The notes under the pieces: generated by a model | Databases searched by the model: none | Seen by the model: the letters and a program-made list of their open reading frames with translations, nothing else | What the model was told of the DNA's origin: nothing | Source: an uncultured Gammaproteobacteria bacterium | Lineage (GTDB): Bacteria; Pseudomonadota; Gammaproteobacteria; JACCXJ01 | DNA: 64,000 nt | Reading direction: 5' to 3' | NCBI GenBank assembly: GCA_963764725.1 | Contig: CAVXTM010000010.1 | Span: 192,001-256,000, forward strand | Position numbers and translations under genes: made by a program | In this document: positions 1 to 11,615 of the stretch, one piece after another | Layout of the letters: every line of letters starts with the position of its first letter | Position numbering within the stretch: position 1 is the stretch's first letter

Positions 1-744
1 CCTTTCCGGCGCCACCAAAAAGACTACGTTCTCATCGACACGGCAGGGATCCGCCGCCGCGCCAGGGTCTCCGAAGCGATCGAGCAGTTCAGCGTCATCA
101 AGACGCTGCGGGCTATAGAGCGCGCGCATGTCGTCGTTTTGGTCATTGACGCCACGGAGTCGGTCACGGAGCAAGACGCCGCGCTGCTCGGCATGATTGT
201 CGACAGCGGCCGCGGCCTAGTGATCGCGATCAATAAATGGGACGGACTCGGCCCCGACCAACGCGCGCACATTCAAAAGGAAGCCGATCGCCGTTTGCGG
301 TTTCTCGACTATGCGGTGATCCACACTATCTCGGCGCGGCACGGCAGCGGTGTCGGCAATCTCTTCGCCTCTATCGACGAGGCTTACGCTTCGGCGTTCA
401 TCGATGTGCCTCCGGCCACGTTAACGCGCATCGTCGAGCAAGCCGTCGCGCTCAATCCACCCCCTTTAATCCACGGGCGGCGCATCAAGTTGCGCTACGC
501 ACACTTGGGCGGCCACAACCCCCCCCGGATCCTTATCCACGGCAATGGCGGCGAGCATGTGCCGTCTTCTTACCGGCGTTATCTGGAGCGTTCGATTCGC
601 GAGGCGCTGGGGCTTCAAGGTACACCGCTTCGCATCGAGTTTCGCCAAGGCGATAACCCGTTTAAGAGTAGGCACAATCCGCTCACGCGCCGCCAGACGC
701 TCAAGCGCAAACGGCTGCTCCGCCACGTCCGATCGCATGCATGA
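1..744 (+). CDS. der: Ribosome biogenesis GTPase Der (C-terminal part, runs in from window edge)
   Basis: Frame 1 is open from base 1 with DTAGIRR (G3), INKWD (G4), ISA (G5) and the KH-like tail IKLRYAHLGGHNPP...YRRYLE. Confidence 0.95.
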   Translation, partial: PFRRHQKDYVLIDTAGIRRRARVSEAIEQFSVIKTLRAIERAHVVVLVIDATESVTEQDAALLGMIVDSGRGLVIAINKWDGLGPDQRAHIQKEADRRLRFLDYAVIHTISARHGSGVGNLFASIDEAYASAFIDVPPATLTRIVEQAVALNPPPLIHGRRIKLRYAHLGGHNPPRILIHGNGGEHVPSSYRRYLERSIREALGLQGTPLRIEFRQGDNPFKSRHNPLTRRQTLKRKRLLRHVRSHA

Positions 745-1000
745 CGGCCTCATTGAGCGCGCCCGTGCGATCCGGATGGTGACACCGTGCCGCCGTACTT
801 TGCCACTCGCGGCAATCGCTTATGTCGGCGATGACGTGAACGATCTCGGGGCCATGTCGCTGGCCGGCCTATACGCCTGCCCGGCAGATCCTCTACCCGA
901 GGTCAAAATCCGCGCGGATTTTATTTGCACCCAAACGGGCGGTCACGGGGCTCTTCGGGAATTCGCCGAGTTCATTCTCGCCGCGCAATTCAATCCTTAG
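737..1000 (+). pseudogene. KdsC-like HAD phosphatase remnant with internal deletion
   Basis: N-terminal ERARAIRMV joins the C-terminal IAYVGDDVND...GGHGALREFAEFIL. The DxDG motif and the middle of the protein are absent. Confidence 0.65.
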
Positions 1001-1628
1001 CGGCGCCGTTTTTGTCGAACACGTAAATCCAGTCGCGGCCCGCGCAAACCTCCGCGGTATGCCGAAGGTAGGGCCGATAGGGTGCGAAAAGCGCTTCCAG
1101 GCTGGTCGCGTTGAAGCGGAAGCTCCCATCGTTGAGCCCATCGACGCACGTGCCCCATGAGCAGATGGCTTTCGGCAACGCATATTTCGACTGACTGAAG
1201 CTCTTCACCGACTCCGAAACGATCAAGCGCTCAGTGGCCGCCGCAAATAAATTCCCGACCACTTCTTCCACTTTCGGGTGGAACTGAAACAGGCTCACCT
1301 GGCAGATCACGATCTGCGATACCGGAAGCGGTTCCGCCATCAAATTGAAGCGCCGGAGGTTCCGGCCCCGGCGGCTACCCGCTTTGATAAAGGCCGTGCT
1401 TTCATCGAGGCCGCGATAACTTACGGAGGCCGGTAGAAAGGTGCTCAGCGATCCGTCGCCGCAGCAGACATCGAGCACCTCCGCGTCCCGCGGGACCCAG
1501 CGCGCCACCTCCTCGAAGCGCTCGCGCCGGTGGACGTGGTAAACCATGGTCATCAATCCGTGGTAGAGAAGGCTGCTCTTATAGAGGAAGGTCATGGCAG
1601 TGCTCGATTGTTGTCGTTTGGCCGTCAT
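990..1628 (-). CDS. Class I SAM-dependent methyltransferase
   Basis: VLDVCCGDG SAM-binding motif followed by YRGLD. Start is uncertain. Confidence 0.75.
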   Translation of the reverse strand: MTAKRQQSSTAMTFLYKSSLLYHGLMTMVYHVHRRERFEEVARWVPRDAEVLDVCCGDGSLSTFLPASVSYRGLDESTAFIKAGSRRGRNLRRFNLMAEPLPVSQIVICQVSLFQFHPKVEEVVGNLFAAATERLIVSESVKSFSQSKYALPKAICSWGTCVDGLNDGSFRFNATSLEALFAPYRPYLRHTAEVCAGRDWIYVFDKNGAAKD

Positions 1629-1856
1629 ACTACCGTGCTCGGCGCGCAACGACAAATCTTCTAGCGCAAAATGCAGGAATCGCCACAAGTGCGGGACGCT
1701 AGCATTACCCGTTGCGTAATGCCACGGAAATTCCTATCCTTCGACCTAACCGGTAGGAGCGCCGATGTGGGTTCCGGGAATGAGTGCAGATCCTCGATAA
1801 GACCGCCGCTTTCCGCCGTGTACTTTTTATCCATTGCTTTAGCGAAGGAAACCTTA

Positions 1857-2492
1857 ATGATCCGTATCTCCCGATCCGTCATTCGCGTCATGCTGTCGCT
1901 GTTCGTCATGGCTGCCCATGCCGAGCAGCCACCAACCGCATCCGTTCAATCCGAAGCGGCGGAAAAAACTTCACCCTCTTCCTGTATACCTATGAAGGCT
2001 AAACCCATGGTCAAGCTCCACACCAATCACGGCCTCATCGTCATTGCGCTCGATGCGGAGAAAGCCCCGATATCCGCGGAAAATTTTCTCGAATACGTCG
2101 CAAGCGGCCATTACAACGGTACAATCTTTCACCGTGTCATCGGCAACTTCATGATCCAGGGCGGGGGCTTCACCGAAGACATGTCGGAAAAGTCGGCCAG
2201 GGCGCCGATCCAGAACGAGGCCAAGAACGGTCTCAAGAACGATCCATACACCCTCGCCATGGCCCGCACCTCCGATCCGCACTCCGCTTCGTCGCAGTTC
2301 TTCATCAATGTCGGGAACAACGCTTTCCTCAACTATCCGGGGCAGGACGGCTGGGGTTACGCAGTCTTCGGCAAGGTAATCGAGGGCATGGATGTGGTGG
2401 ATAAGATCAAGACGGTGCCAACCGGCGACAAGGCGGGCCACCAAGACGTGCCGACCGATCCGGTCATCATCGAAAAGGCCGAGTGCGCGTGA
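1857..2492 (+). CDS. Cyclophilin-type peptidyl-prolyl cis-trans isomerase, possible signal peptide
   Basis: [33 protein letters not shown] and GYAVFGKV. Confidence 0.93.
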   Translation: MIRISRSVIRVMLSLFVMAAHAEQPPTASVQSEAAEKTSPSSCIPMKAKPMVKLHTNHGLIVIALDAEKAPISAENFLEYVASGHYNGTIFHRVIGNFMIQGGGFTEDMSEKSARAPIQNEAKNGLKNDPYTLAMARTSDPHSASSQFFINVGNNAFLNYPGQDGWGYAVFGKVIEGMDVVDKIKTVPTGDKAGHQDVPTDPVIIEKAECA

Positions 2493-2811
2493 TCCAACGG
2501 CGGATGCTCGTCGTTGCACGAGGCCGTGGCGGCTCGACGCGGCGCTAGGCCTCTGCCGCAAAGGTGAGCGGCTTTCCCGGAACCGCCATCGAGATCTGAT
2601 CGCAGCCGCCAAGAATCGCGAGTCCCCAACAGAGGTGCCGCGCGTGCAAAACACCGCGGTCGCGCAGATGCTGGATCGTGGAGAACGATTGATGGCGTGG
2701 ATTAACGAACTCCATTTGACCCCCGATCCGTGGAAGCGCATCGAGTTCGCGATATCGATCGGGCTTCTCTAAAAATCCCTTCGCCCCGCGGGAGAGCAAC
2801 CGTGTTCAAAG

Positions 2812-3752
<941 letters not shown>

Positions 3753-3935
3753 ACCCCTCCTTGCAAAAATACGGGCTTACAGGCCCCAGCAACCGTTCGG
3801 GTTGTCGGTGAGAAAACGGCGCGACGCTCTTTGCTCTCCCACGGGCTTGATGTCCCAAGGGCTGGACGAGCTGCCGCACCGCAACCAAAGGTCTGTGGAT
3901 TGATGCCCACCAGCCCCCACAGTCCGAAATACATT
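3753..3935 (-). ncRNA. Putative IS110 bridge RNA, copy 1
   Basis: Appears identical to 58166-58348, which contains guides matching the target and donor sites. Confidence 0.75.
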
Positions 3936-4048
3936 TTCATTAATTTCTACAAAATAGAACATACAAGGGCGGGGGTGAGGGCATTAAAATGATTGATACT
4001 TGATTTCGATTTCCTCAACTTGCCGGGAAGGGTAGCCATGGGCCAAGA

Positions 4049-4354
4049 ATGCGTGACACAATCAGCGAAACGTCGATGAACCGCACATACCTCTACGGCG
4101 GAGCGCCGACTCAAGTCACATCGGCGGCGGGAGCGAAAGGCGTCATCATCCGCACACGCGACGGTGCGATCACGTTTCGCGTCTATCACGACCGCGACCG
4201 CTTTACGGATTACGAGATCCGGCACGATGAGTTAAGTGTCACGATCGACGCGGATGAGTTGGCTGCGTTCTATAGGGTTTGCGGACATGACATTCTTGAC
4301 CATGATCCGCAGGTGTTGGGGTTGCGCAAGCATACGGAAGATGGTGGGCAATGA
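4049..4354 (+). CDS. Hypothetical protein
   Basis: 101-aa ORF with protein-like composition (FRVYHDRDRFTDYEIRHDELSVTID). No motif recognised. Confidence 0.5.
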   Translation: MRDTISETSMNRTYLYGGAPTQVTSAAGAKGVIIRTRDGAITFRVYHDRDRFTDYEIRHDELSVTIDADELAAFYRVCGHDILDHDPQVLGLRKHTEDGGQ

Positions 4355-4542
4355 GAGAGAATCTGGGCGTGACTGAAGGCTCTACCGTTCAGAGCGCCCT
4401 ACCAGCAGGCGGTGTCGTGGCGTGGCCGCCACGAGGATCGCCGCGTTAGCGTGGATTGCAGAGCTCTCGCGGTTCTCGGGACCTTGGGCATCAGTCTGTT
4501 AACGGCTTGAATTCAAGAGGACTGGTGTGAATAATATCCCGC

Positions 4543-4743
4543 ATGAAATGGAAGCAAGCGATCGAGCGCTGGCGCAAGCTACCGGTGGAGGAGCAGGCCC
4601 GTATCCGCCGTAACCGGATCCCGATGAACGTGGCCGAGAGCATGGCCTTCGAGGGGGAACCGGTGGAACTGGCGGTGCTGCAAGCGGAGCTCGCGTGCTT
4701 CGACACACCCCCCGATACCTCGAAACGCAACTCGGAATCCTGA
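4543..4743 (+). CDS. FicA/VbhA-like antitoxin
   Basis: 66 aa containing SMAFEG, which fits the (S/T)xxxE(G/N) Fic-inhibitory motif. It overlaps the start of the Fic gene. Confidence 0.7.
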   Translation: MKWKQAIERWRKLPVEEQARIRRNRIPMNVAESMAFEGEPVELAVLQAELACFDTPPDTSKRNSES

Positions 4744-5287
4744 GCTACGCCGAGTGCGCGCCGCACCTCGCGCGTAACGCTCTCGCCCTGGAACGGCAAA
4801 TCGAGAGTGGCAAATTCTCGAAATCTATTCTCGACGATGCACTTCTCCTGCAGTTCCAGCGTCTGCTCTGCGGCGATCTCGTCCCGCAGCTAGCCGGCTG
4901 GCGGCGGACCAACGTCACCGTAGCCGCGCATGCGGCACCCGAATTCTTTCGAGTGCCGGCGCTGGTCCGGGAGTACGGACTCGATTTTCAGGCGCGCCTA
5001 TCGAGCCTGGCCAACGTCAACGACGATTCCTTGTTGGAAACGCTGGCCTTCGCCGAGGGACGCGTGCTTTCCATTCACCCGTTCGCCGATTTTAATGGGC
5101 GCGTGACCCGAATTTGGCTACGAGAGGTCCTGCGGCGACTTGACCTTCCTCCAGTCCGACTGGTGCCTGTGCCGTCCGGGCAGACATCAACCAATACCTT
5201 GTAGCCCTTCAGGCCGCCGACCGCAACGATTGGAGTCCGTTGGTTACGATCTGGCGCGAACGCTTTGAGAACGAGGCCGAAGCATGA
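4695..5287 (+). CDS. Fic-domain toxin (one frameshift near 5180)
   Basis: HPFADFNGRVTR Fic motif. The C-terminus continues in another frame as ADINQYLVALQAADRNDWSPLVTIWRERF to TGA 5285-5287. Confidence 0.8.
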
Positions 5288-5450
5288 TCCACGGCCACAG
5301 ACTAGGCGCGCCTCCATTCGACCTCTGCTCCCGAACTTCCGCACAGTCTTGAACTGGTAGCGCCGCTTCGGTTATACGCGACTGGGGGAGGGAGAATGCT
5401 ACTAACTGGGAGGTCCCCATAGTCGATGGTGGAAAAAACTTTGAAGTGAT

Positions 5451-6307
5451 ATGGAAACCGTTATGTGTTCGCATGAACATTTCGCTAAGCACTTCGCTTT
5501 GCTAACCGGACATAACCCTTTTCCGTGGCAGCAGAAACTATTTTCGGAGATCCTGAACGGACAATTTCGTAAGTCCTGCCCAGTGCCGACAGGGCTTGGA
5601 AAAACATCGATCATTGCAATCTGGCTTTTGTCGGTGGCCTATCGTGCTCTTAGCAAAGCAATGCGGAGTTTCCCACGCCGTCTTGTTTATGTCGTCAATC
5701 GTAGAACCGTCGTTGACCAAGCCACTCGGGAAGCGGAAGCTATGCGCGCCGCTCTTCGCGATACTCTGGAGCTACATGAGATTTCGCAGGCACTACAGTT
5801 ACTCCAAACACGAGATGTTGATGTTCCGTTGGCGATAAGCGCACTTCGCGGACAATTCGCTGACAACGCGGAGTGGCGAGATGATCCAGCCCGGCCTGCC
5901 GTGATTGTCGGTACGGTAGACATGATCGGAAGCCGTCTTCTGTTCTCCGGATACGGATGCGGCTTTAAATCTCGTCCACTACATGCCGGCTTTCTCGGTC
6001 AGGGGACCTTGTTGGTGCATGACGAGGCCCATCTGGAGCCTTTCAGGAGCTTGTTTCGGCTATTGAATCGGAGCAGCGGCGATGCCAAGAATTCAACCCG
6101 TTTAGTATCATGGAGCTGACAGCCACCTCGCGTTTTGGTGCTGATGGCGACGACCCGTTGTTCACGGATGCGGACAGATATCACGAGGAGGCACGGAAAC
6201 GAATCGAAGCGGAGAAGGGTATTACATGCCACCTAGTTGACGACGAGAAAAAGATCGCCGACAAGGTCGCTGACTTTGCCAAGGAGTACAGGGATAGTGG
6301 CAAGGCC
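5451..6307 (+). pseudogene. cas3: Type I-G (I-U) Cas3 helicase, N-terminal fragment
   Basis: PFPWQ, PTGLGKT, VYVVNRRTVVDQ, GTVDMIGSRLLFSGYG and HDEAH. After a frameshift near 6040 it reads IMELTATSR. It stops resembling Cas3 after RDSGKA. Confidence 0.85.
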
Positions 6308-7231
6308 AGCCAGGACAAGGTCTTCAGAGGCGGCTACAACGTTGACAGGTTCTCTGACGGTAGCAGCGTCTGTTTGGTCGATAGCGTCGGCTCTCAGGCG
6401 AACCGGATCGAGCCATTGTTCATGAAGAAGAACTACACCGGTCTTGTGCCGCAGATCGTGGTCAAGGCGGGTAGCAAAAACGTGAACCTGCTCGAAGCCG
6501 GCCACCGGGCGGGGGACGCCATCGTTCGCTGTTCCGCATTGCAGAAGGAACTGCAAGACGCCTTCAAGGCCGTCCTGAACGGCAATGCGGAACTGCTGGC
6601 GAAGATCGCACCGACCTCGCTGGTATTCGGCGTCTGGGATTCGCGTGACACCCAAGCGAAGCTGCCCCGCCTGATCGACTCGAAGATCCGAGCATTCAAC
6701 GTTCGTGAGCTGACGCGGTCGGCTCAGTATGTTCCGGCTGCGGAGTATGTCAGTCAAGGAATGCTGGATGAGCCGTCAGACAAAAAGACGAACGACGCCT
6801 ATGCCGAGCGGGGATTCATCCATGTCCCGGCTTCGGGTACACACGGTCGCGTTATCGCAACTGGCGGCATTCGCCGCGATGCTACTCTCCATCTCGCTGC
6901 CCTACGGCTGCTCACAACGGAAGATGATGGTGACAGGACCCTTGCGCTACGCCGCTACATCCTCGGCCTTGCCCTCACGGCGCTCACTTACAACCCCTCG
7001 CGCTATCTCCGCCAAGGCTGCAACCTCGTCAACGACCCGAGCATGCCGACCGAATTCAAGCTCGTCTTCAACGATGGTCAGCGAGAGGATGCTTCCCTGA
7101 AGCACGAGGAGGCCCTGGCCTTTTCGAAGGCGACTGCAACAGCTTTCCGCATCGGCGCTGATCGGGAGGTGGGTTTCGGCCCGGCGCTGGCGAAAAAGGA
7201 TGTGAGCGACGCGAAGAAGAAAACGAAGTAA
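6308..7231 (+). CDS. csb1: Type I-G Cas7 (Csb1) lacking its N-terminus, fused in frame to the Cas3 fragment
   Basis: VCLVDSVGSQANRIEPLF, EAGHRAGDA, APTSLVFGVWDSR and LRQGCNL. Confidence 0.85.
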   Translation, partial: SQDKVFRGGYNVDRFSDGSSVCLVDSVGSQANRIEPLFMKKNYTGLVPQIVVKAGSKNVNLLEAGHRAGDAIVRCSALQKELQDAFKAVLNGNAELLAKIAPTSLVFGVWDSRDTQAKLPRLIDSKIRAFNVRELTRSAQYVPAAEYVSQGMLDEPSDKKTNDAYAERGFIHVPASGTHGRVIATGGIRRDATLHLAALRLLTTEDDGDRTLALRRYILGLALTALTYNPSRYLRQGCNLVNDPSMPTEFKLVFNDGQREDASLKHEEALAFSKATATAFRIGADREVGFGPALAKKDVSDAKKKTK

Positions 7232-7243
7232 GGGGAGGCCGCC

Positions 7244-8889
7244 ATGAGTTTGTATTTCGGCCTCTCGATCCGTTTTCTCGATCAGCGTTTCCATGGGCGG
7301 TGGGACGGCGACGAGCTGGAGTGGCCGCCGTCCCCACTGCGGGTATTTCAAGCGCTGGTTGCTTCCGCGGCACGCATGGACAAGGGGCAATTGACTCCGC
7401 CTTACGTTGCCGCGCTGACGTGGCTGGAGATAAAATCAGAGGAATCGCCACCGATTATCTTAGCACCCCAGGTACCACCACCGGATCTGCCACCTCCCGG
7501 CTATTGCCTCTCCGTGCCCAACAATGCCATGGACATAGTCGCGAAGGCATGGTGCCGGGGGAATTACTCCAACAAGGGGGACGCCAGCCCGGCAACCCAT
7601 CGCACCATGAAAACTGTGCGGCCAACCCACTTGCTCGATGGCAATTTTGTGCACTACCTCTGGCCTCTCTCAGACCCGGTGCCTCAGGAAATACAAAACC
7701 ACACCGAGATACTCACACAAACCGCTCGCAGGATCGTCGTGCTGGGCTGGGGCGTCAACATGGCCGTGGGTGACGGCGCAATTCTGCCCGCGGAGCAGGT
7801 TGACGCGCTGCCCGGTGAAAGGTGGTTGCCAAATGCCACGGTTGCCGATAGAGGGCTGCGTTCCCCCGTGCCGGGCACGCTGGAGGACCTGTCTTTCCGC
7901 CATAAAGGATTTCTGAAACGCTTGGAGGGAAACAGATTCACGCCCCCACCACCGCTGTCCGTATTCGACAAGCTCGACTATCGGCGGGCCATCCAGCCGC
8001 CCAACCGGCCAGTGGCCGCGTTTTCCTTGCTGAAGCTGGACGCAAGCGGTTTCCGGGCATTCGAAACGACGAAATGGGCATTGACTGTCGCGGGGATGAC
8101 TCGTCATGCGACTAGGTGCGCGGCCAAGCGAAGCGGGTGGGCAGAATCAAGGGTTAACGCATTCATACTTGGCCATGCCGAGTCCCCAGGCAGCAGCGAA
8201 CACACGTCTGTCGGAAATCGACGGTTCGCCTATCTTCCCTTGCCGAGTATCGAAGCACGGGGCCAAGGCAAGGCACCCGTGGTTGGCAATGTTCGTCGTG
8301 TCATGTACACCGTGCTCGATGAGGGCTGTAGTGAAGAGATCGCATGGGTTCGCCGGGCGCTCTCCGGGCAGATGCTTGAGCGGAGAAGAGTGCCGACCAC
8401 GTAGGGGGAAGTCAGAAGGGCGTTGCCTTGCTTTCCTTGTTGCCCAATACCGACACAGTCGTTCAGGCTTACACGCGGCCATCGACCACTTGGGCAACCG
8501 TTACGCCTGTCGTTCTTCCTGGCTACGATGACCCGGCACATTATCGTAGGAGGTTGAAGCGCGGCACGAGCGGAGAAGAGCAGAAGCGGCTGCTGAACTG
8601 TCTAAGCGAACGCGTTGGAGGCTTGATCCGCAAGGCTATCGTGCAGGCCGGATTCTCTCAACTACTCGCCGATAACGCCGAGATCGAATGGCGCAAGGTT
8701 GAATATTGGCGGGGTGCTGATCTAGCGGATCGCTACGGCGTGCCTGATCATCTAAAGCGTTTCCCGCGCTATCAAGTTAGAATTCAGTGGCGTAATGAAA
8801 ATAGAAGGCCTGTAAAGATCAATGGACCGATCTGCTTGGGCGGAGGGCGGTTCTACGGGCTCGGGCTGTTAGCAGCAGAATTGGTTTGA
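7244..8889 (+). CDS. csb2: Type I-G Csb2 (Cas5/Cas6 fusion), frameshift near 8380
   Basis: FHGR...EWPPSPLRVFQALVA, LGWG, YLPLPSI, WATVTPVVLPG and C-terminal GPICLGGGRFYGLGL. Confidence 0.88.
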
Positions 8890-9004
8890 TAAGGTGCGGC
8901 GCGTGATCAGAGGTCTAGGTTGCAATTCCAACATTTCGTACGCTTCCTCCGTCATTGCCCGCAAGCGCGCATCAACAGCGGCTTTTCAGGTTCATCTGTA
9001 TTTG

Positions 9005-9374
9005 TTTCGTGGATGCCTACGGACCCGAAGAACGGGCGATGAGTTGGCACTACTATCTGGAGGAAAAGCTTGTGTTTCCCTGCAAGGTGAAATGCATCGC
9101 CGAGCGATCGGTATATCCGCTGAAGAGAGACGAGAAGGTCGATCAGCATAAGGCCACGTCGGTTGACGTATTCGTTACCGAACCCTTCGACTTTGACACG
9201 GAATACGACCGTGCCCTCACGGCGGGCCCCGCGTCTGGATTGCCCGTGCGTTTCGTTTCAATCCCGACGCTGATTAGAATGAAGGAAGCAGCAGCCGGAC
9301 CCCGGGATCTCGACGACATCCAGCACTTGCGCTGGATCTTGAATGATAGGAAGGAGGATGAACCGGGAATATGA
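9005..9374 (+). pseudogene. Chimeric remnant: 'calcium-binding'-family fragment joined to a nucleotidyltransferase-like C-terminus
   Basis: VDAYGPEERAMSWHYYLEEKLVFP followed by VDVFVTEPFDFD...LIRMKEAA...DLDDIQHL. Both families were recognised from memory. Confidence 0.5.
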
Positions 9375-9606
9375 CGATATCGACTGGAGCCTGACGAGCT
9401 GGGAAGGCAGCCGGAGTGCACAGTTGCGTCGATGGTGCTCGCTCACGGTACGCGAGCGGCTGCAGGCGATCGAGGAGATGGCCGAGGTTGCAGCGCGAAT
9501 CGCGGGCTCACCGCGATTGAGGGGGCGTAATGAAGCCACAGACACCCCTGCGTCCGTCGCCGGTGGCGGCAGTGGCGTTCCCGGAGATAATCGGGGTTCT
9601 TTTTAG
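9358..9606 (+). CDS. Small hypothetical protein, likely partner of the nucleotidyltransferase
   Basis: GGAGG RBS, then MNREYDDIDWSLTSWEGSR...LTVRERLQAIEEM. Confidence 0.55.
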   Translation: MNREYDDIDWSLTSWEGSRSAQLRRWCSLTVRERLQAIEEMAEVAARIAGSPRLRGRNEATDTPASVAGGGSGVPGDNRGSF

Positions 9607-9857
9607 AATTGGCCCGGGCGCTTGTACCCCCCGAATCGGCTAAGTCGGGCTAGGGGATCTCAAAGGTGTCCGACTTCCTGGGGGCTGTAAGCTTGCCGTG
9701 CCACTCGCACTATGGAACGTAGCCATGGGTCTAGGCGATACTTGAACTGCACCGGTCGGACATGTGCAGGCCCGGATAGCACCACGAGCATCCCGGTCTC
9801 ACGATTGCTCGGAAGCAGGCCTTACGGTAAAGTAAGGAACAATAATTATTGTAAGGA

Positions 9858-10094
9858 ATGCCCTCGACTCTCACCAGCAAAGGACAGACCACCGTGCCAA
9901 AGGAAGTCCGGGACCACCTGGCTTTGCGGCCCGGGGACCGTATCGAGTTTACCATCGAATCGGATGGCCGGGTGGTGGTCGTCCCGGCGTCGTTCGACGC
10001 GGCGGATCTTGCGGGTGCGTTGCCGCGTCCAAAGCGCGTGGTTTCGCTCGATGAGATGAAGACCGCGATTCGCAAACGCGGAGCCCGGCGGTGA
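9858..10094 (+). CDS. AbrB/MazE-type antitoxin
   Basis: STLTSKGQTTVPKEVRDHLALRPGDRIEF. Confidence 0.88.
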   Translation: MPSTLTSKGQTTVPKEVRDHLALRPGDRIEFTIESDGRVVVVPASFDAADLAGALPRPKRVVSLDEMKTAIRKRGARR

Positions 10095-10190
10095 AGGGCC
10101 TGGACACGAACGTCTTGATTCGCCACCTGGTTCAGGATGACGCCCCACAGGCGCGGCTGGCGGGCCGTTTCATCGCGATGGAATGCTCGC
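10091..10190 (+). pseudogene. VapC/PIN toxin N-terminal fragment
   Basis: GTG overlaps the antitoxin stop. It reads KGLDTNVLIRHLVQDD and runs directly into a CRISPR repeat. Confidence 0.75.
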
Positions 10191-10292
10191 GCGGCGATTC
10201 GCCGCGGCCTCATTGAAGCTGCATGTAGCCGCCGATCAAGTTCATCCGCGCCGCATATTTTCCGCGGCGATTCGCCGCGGCCTCATTGAAGC
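10190..10292 (+). CRISPR. Type I-G CRISPR remnant: one 5'-truncated repeat, one ~37-nt spacer, one full 36-nt repeat
   Basis: ATTTTCCGCGGCGATTCGCCGCGGCCTCATTGAAGC at 10257-10292. Its last 30 nt recur at 10190-10219. It has a CCGCGGC/GCCGCGG hairpin and an ATTGAAGC 3' end. Confidence 0.85.
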
Positions 10293-10353
10293 GTGCCCTC
10301 GCAGGCTAATCCCAGGTTCGGTGGCTTATATCGACAGACAACCGGAGGGCCTT

Positions 10354-11607
10354 TTAATCCCGCACCGGCCCGTCCCAGTCCGGACGCAGAGGCATCCCGC
10401 TGGCACCGTTACCGACCTCGGTCTTGACCGCCAGGATCTGGTTTACGCGGATCCAGTCCCCCACGAAACGCGAGACTGACCCCGCTAAGTAGAGTCTCCA
10501 AACTCGCGCGCGCCCGATCGACGAAGCGGCGACGGCTGCGTCCCACCGGGCTTCGAGATTACGGCACCAGTGTTTCAGTGTGAGCACATAATGCTCCCGA
10601 AAATTTTCGAGATGCCGGGCCTCGAATCCCGCCTGTTGCATCGAAGACAGGACTCTTCCCGCCTCGACCAGCTCGCCGTCGGGGAACACGTACCGGTGTG
10701 CAAAGCCGGAGCGCGGCAAGGCCTCGTTCTGAAACGGCCTGCGGTTGATCGCGTGATTGAGGAAGCGTCCTCCCCGGCGGAGCAACGCGTGAACCTTCCC
10801 AAAGTACTCGCTCATGCGGGCAACCCCAACATGCTCGAACATTCCGACCGAGCTGACGGCATCGAAGGGCCCATCGTCAACATCCCGGTAATCCTGGAAT
10901 CGGATCTCCACGCGATCGGCCACGCCCTCTCTGCGCACCCAGTCCCGTGCATAGTACACTTGTCGATCCGAGACCGTGATGGCGACCACTCTGGCCCGAT
11001 AATGTTTCGCGGCGTGTAGGGCGAGGGCGCCCCATCCGCAACCGATGTCCAAGAGCCGGTCGCCCGGACCGAGCCCCAGCTTGCGGCAGATGAGATCATG
11101 CTTTTTTGCCTGCGCTTGGTCGAGGGGATCCGAATCGGACTCGAACACGGCACAGGAATAAGTCATCGAAGATCCGAGGATGATGCGGTAAAAGTCGTTT
11201 GACACGTCGTAATGATGGGCGATCGCGGCCGCGTCGCTGGCGCGCGAATGGCGGTCCCGTTGTGGCTTCGCCTCCTCAACAGGCGGTGCGACGGGCCTGA
11301 GGTTATGCAGCCCGATCAATTTCAACGCCATCCACCATTGCCGCGGAGAGAGCTTTATGTTCGGCAGCCGCTTGTGCAACTCGACAAACGCGTGGATGTC
11401 GCCTTCGATCTCAACGTCCCCCGCGACATAGGCGCGCGCGAATCCGATTTCCCCGGGAGCAGTCGCGATCCGGCGCAGGGCGTCCTTAGAGCGGATGACG
11501 AGGACTGCCGGCGCTTGGACCGGCCCCATGACGGTGCCGTCATAGGCCCGGACGCCAATCGGAAGGTCTGGACCGAATAGATCATCGATCAATTCCTTAA
11601 TTTTCAT
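10354..11607 (-). CDS. Cyclopropane-fatty-acyl-phospholipid synthase family methyltransferase
   Basis: IAHHYDVSNDFY, MTYSCA, LLDIGCGWG, SVGMFEHVG and YVFPDGEL. Confidence 0.92.
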   Translation of the reverse strand: MKIKELIDDLFGPDLPIGVRAYDGTVMGPVQAPAVLVIRSKDALRRIATAPGEIGFARAYVAGDVEIEGDIHAFVELHKRLPNIKLSPRQWWMALKLIGLHNLRPVAPPVEEAKPQRDRHSRASDAAAIAHHYDVSNDFYRIILGSSMTYSCAVFESDSDPLDQAQAKKHDLICRKLGLGPGDRLLDIGCGWGALALHAAKHYRARVVAITVSDRQVYYARDWVRREGVADRVEIRFQDYRDVDDGPFDAVSSVGMFEHVGVARMSEYFGKVHALLRRGGRFLNHAINRRPFQNEALPRSGFAHRYVFPDGELVEAGRVLSSMQQAGFEARHLENFREHYVLTLKHWCRNLEARWDAAVAASSIGRARVWRLYLAGSVSRFVGDWIRVNQILAVKTEVGNGASGMPLRPDWDGPVRD

Positions 11608-11615
11608 AACAGAGT

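Noticed and set aside
2500-2772. Possible small gene after the cyclophilin
   Set aside because: No recognisable motif or clear start, so it cannot be supported.
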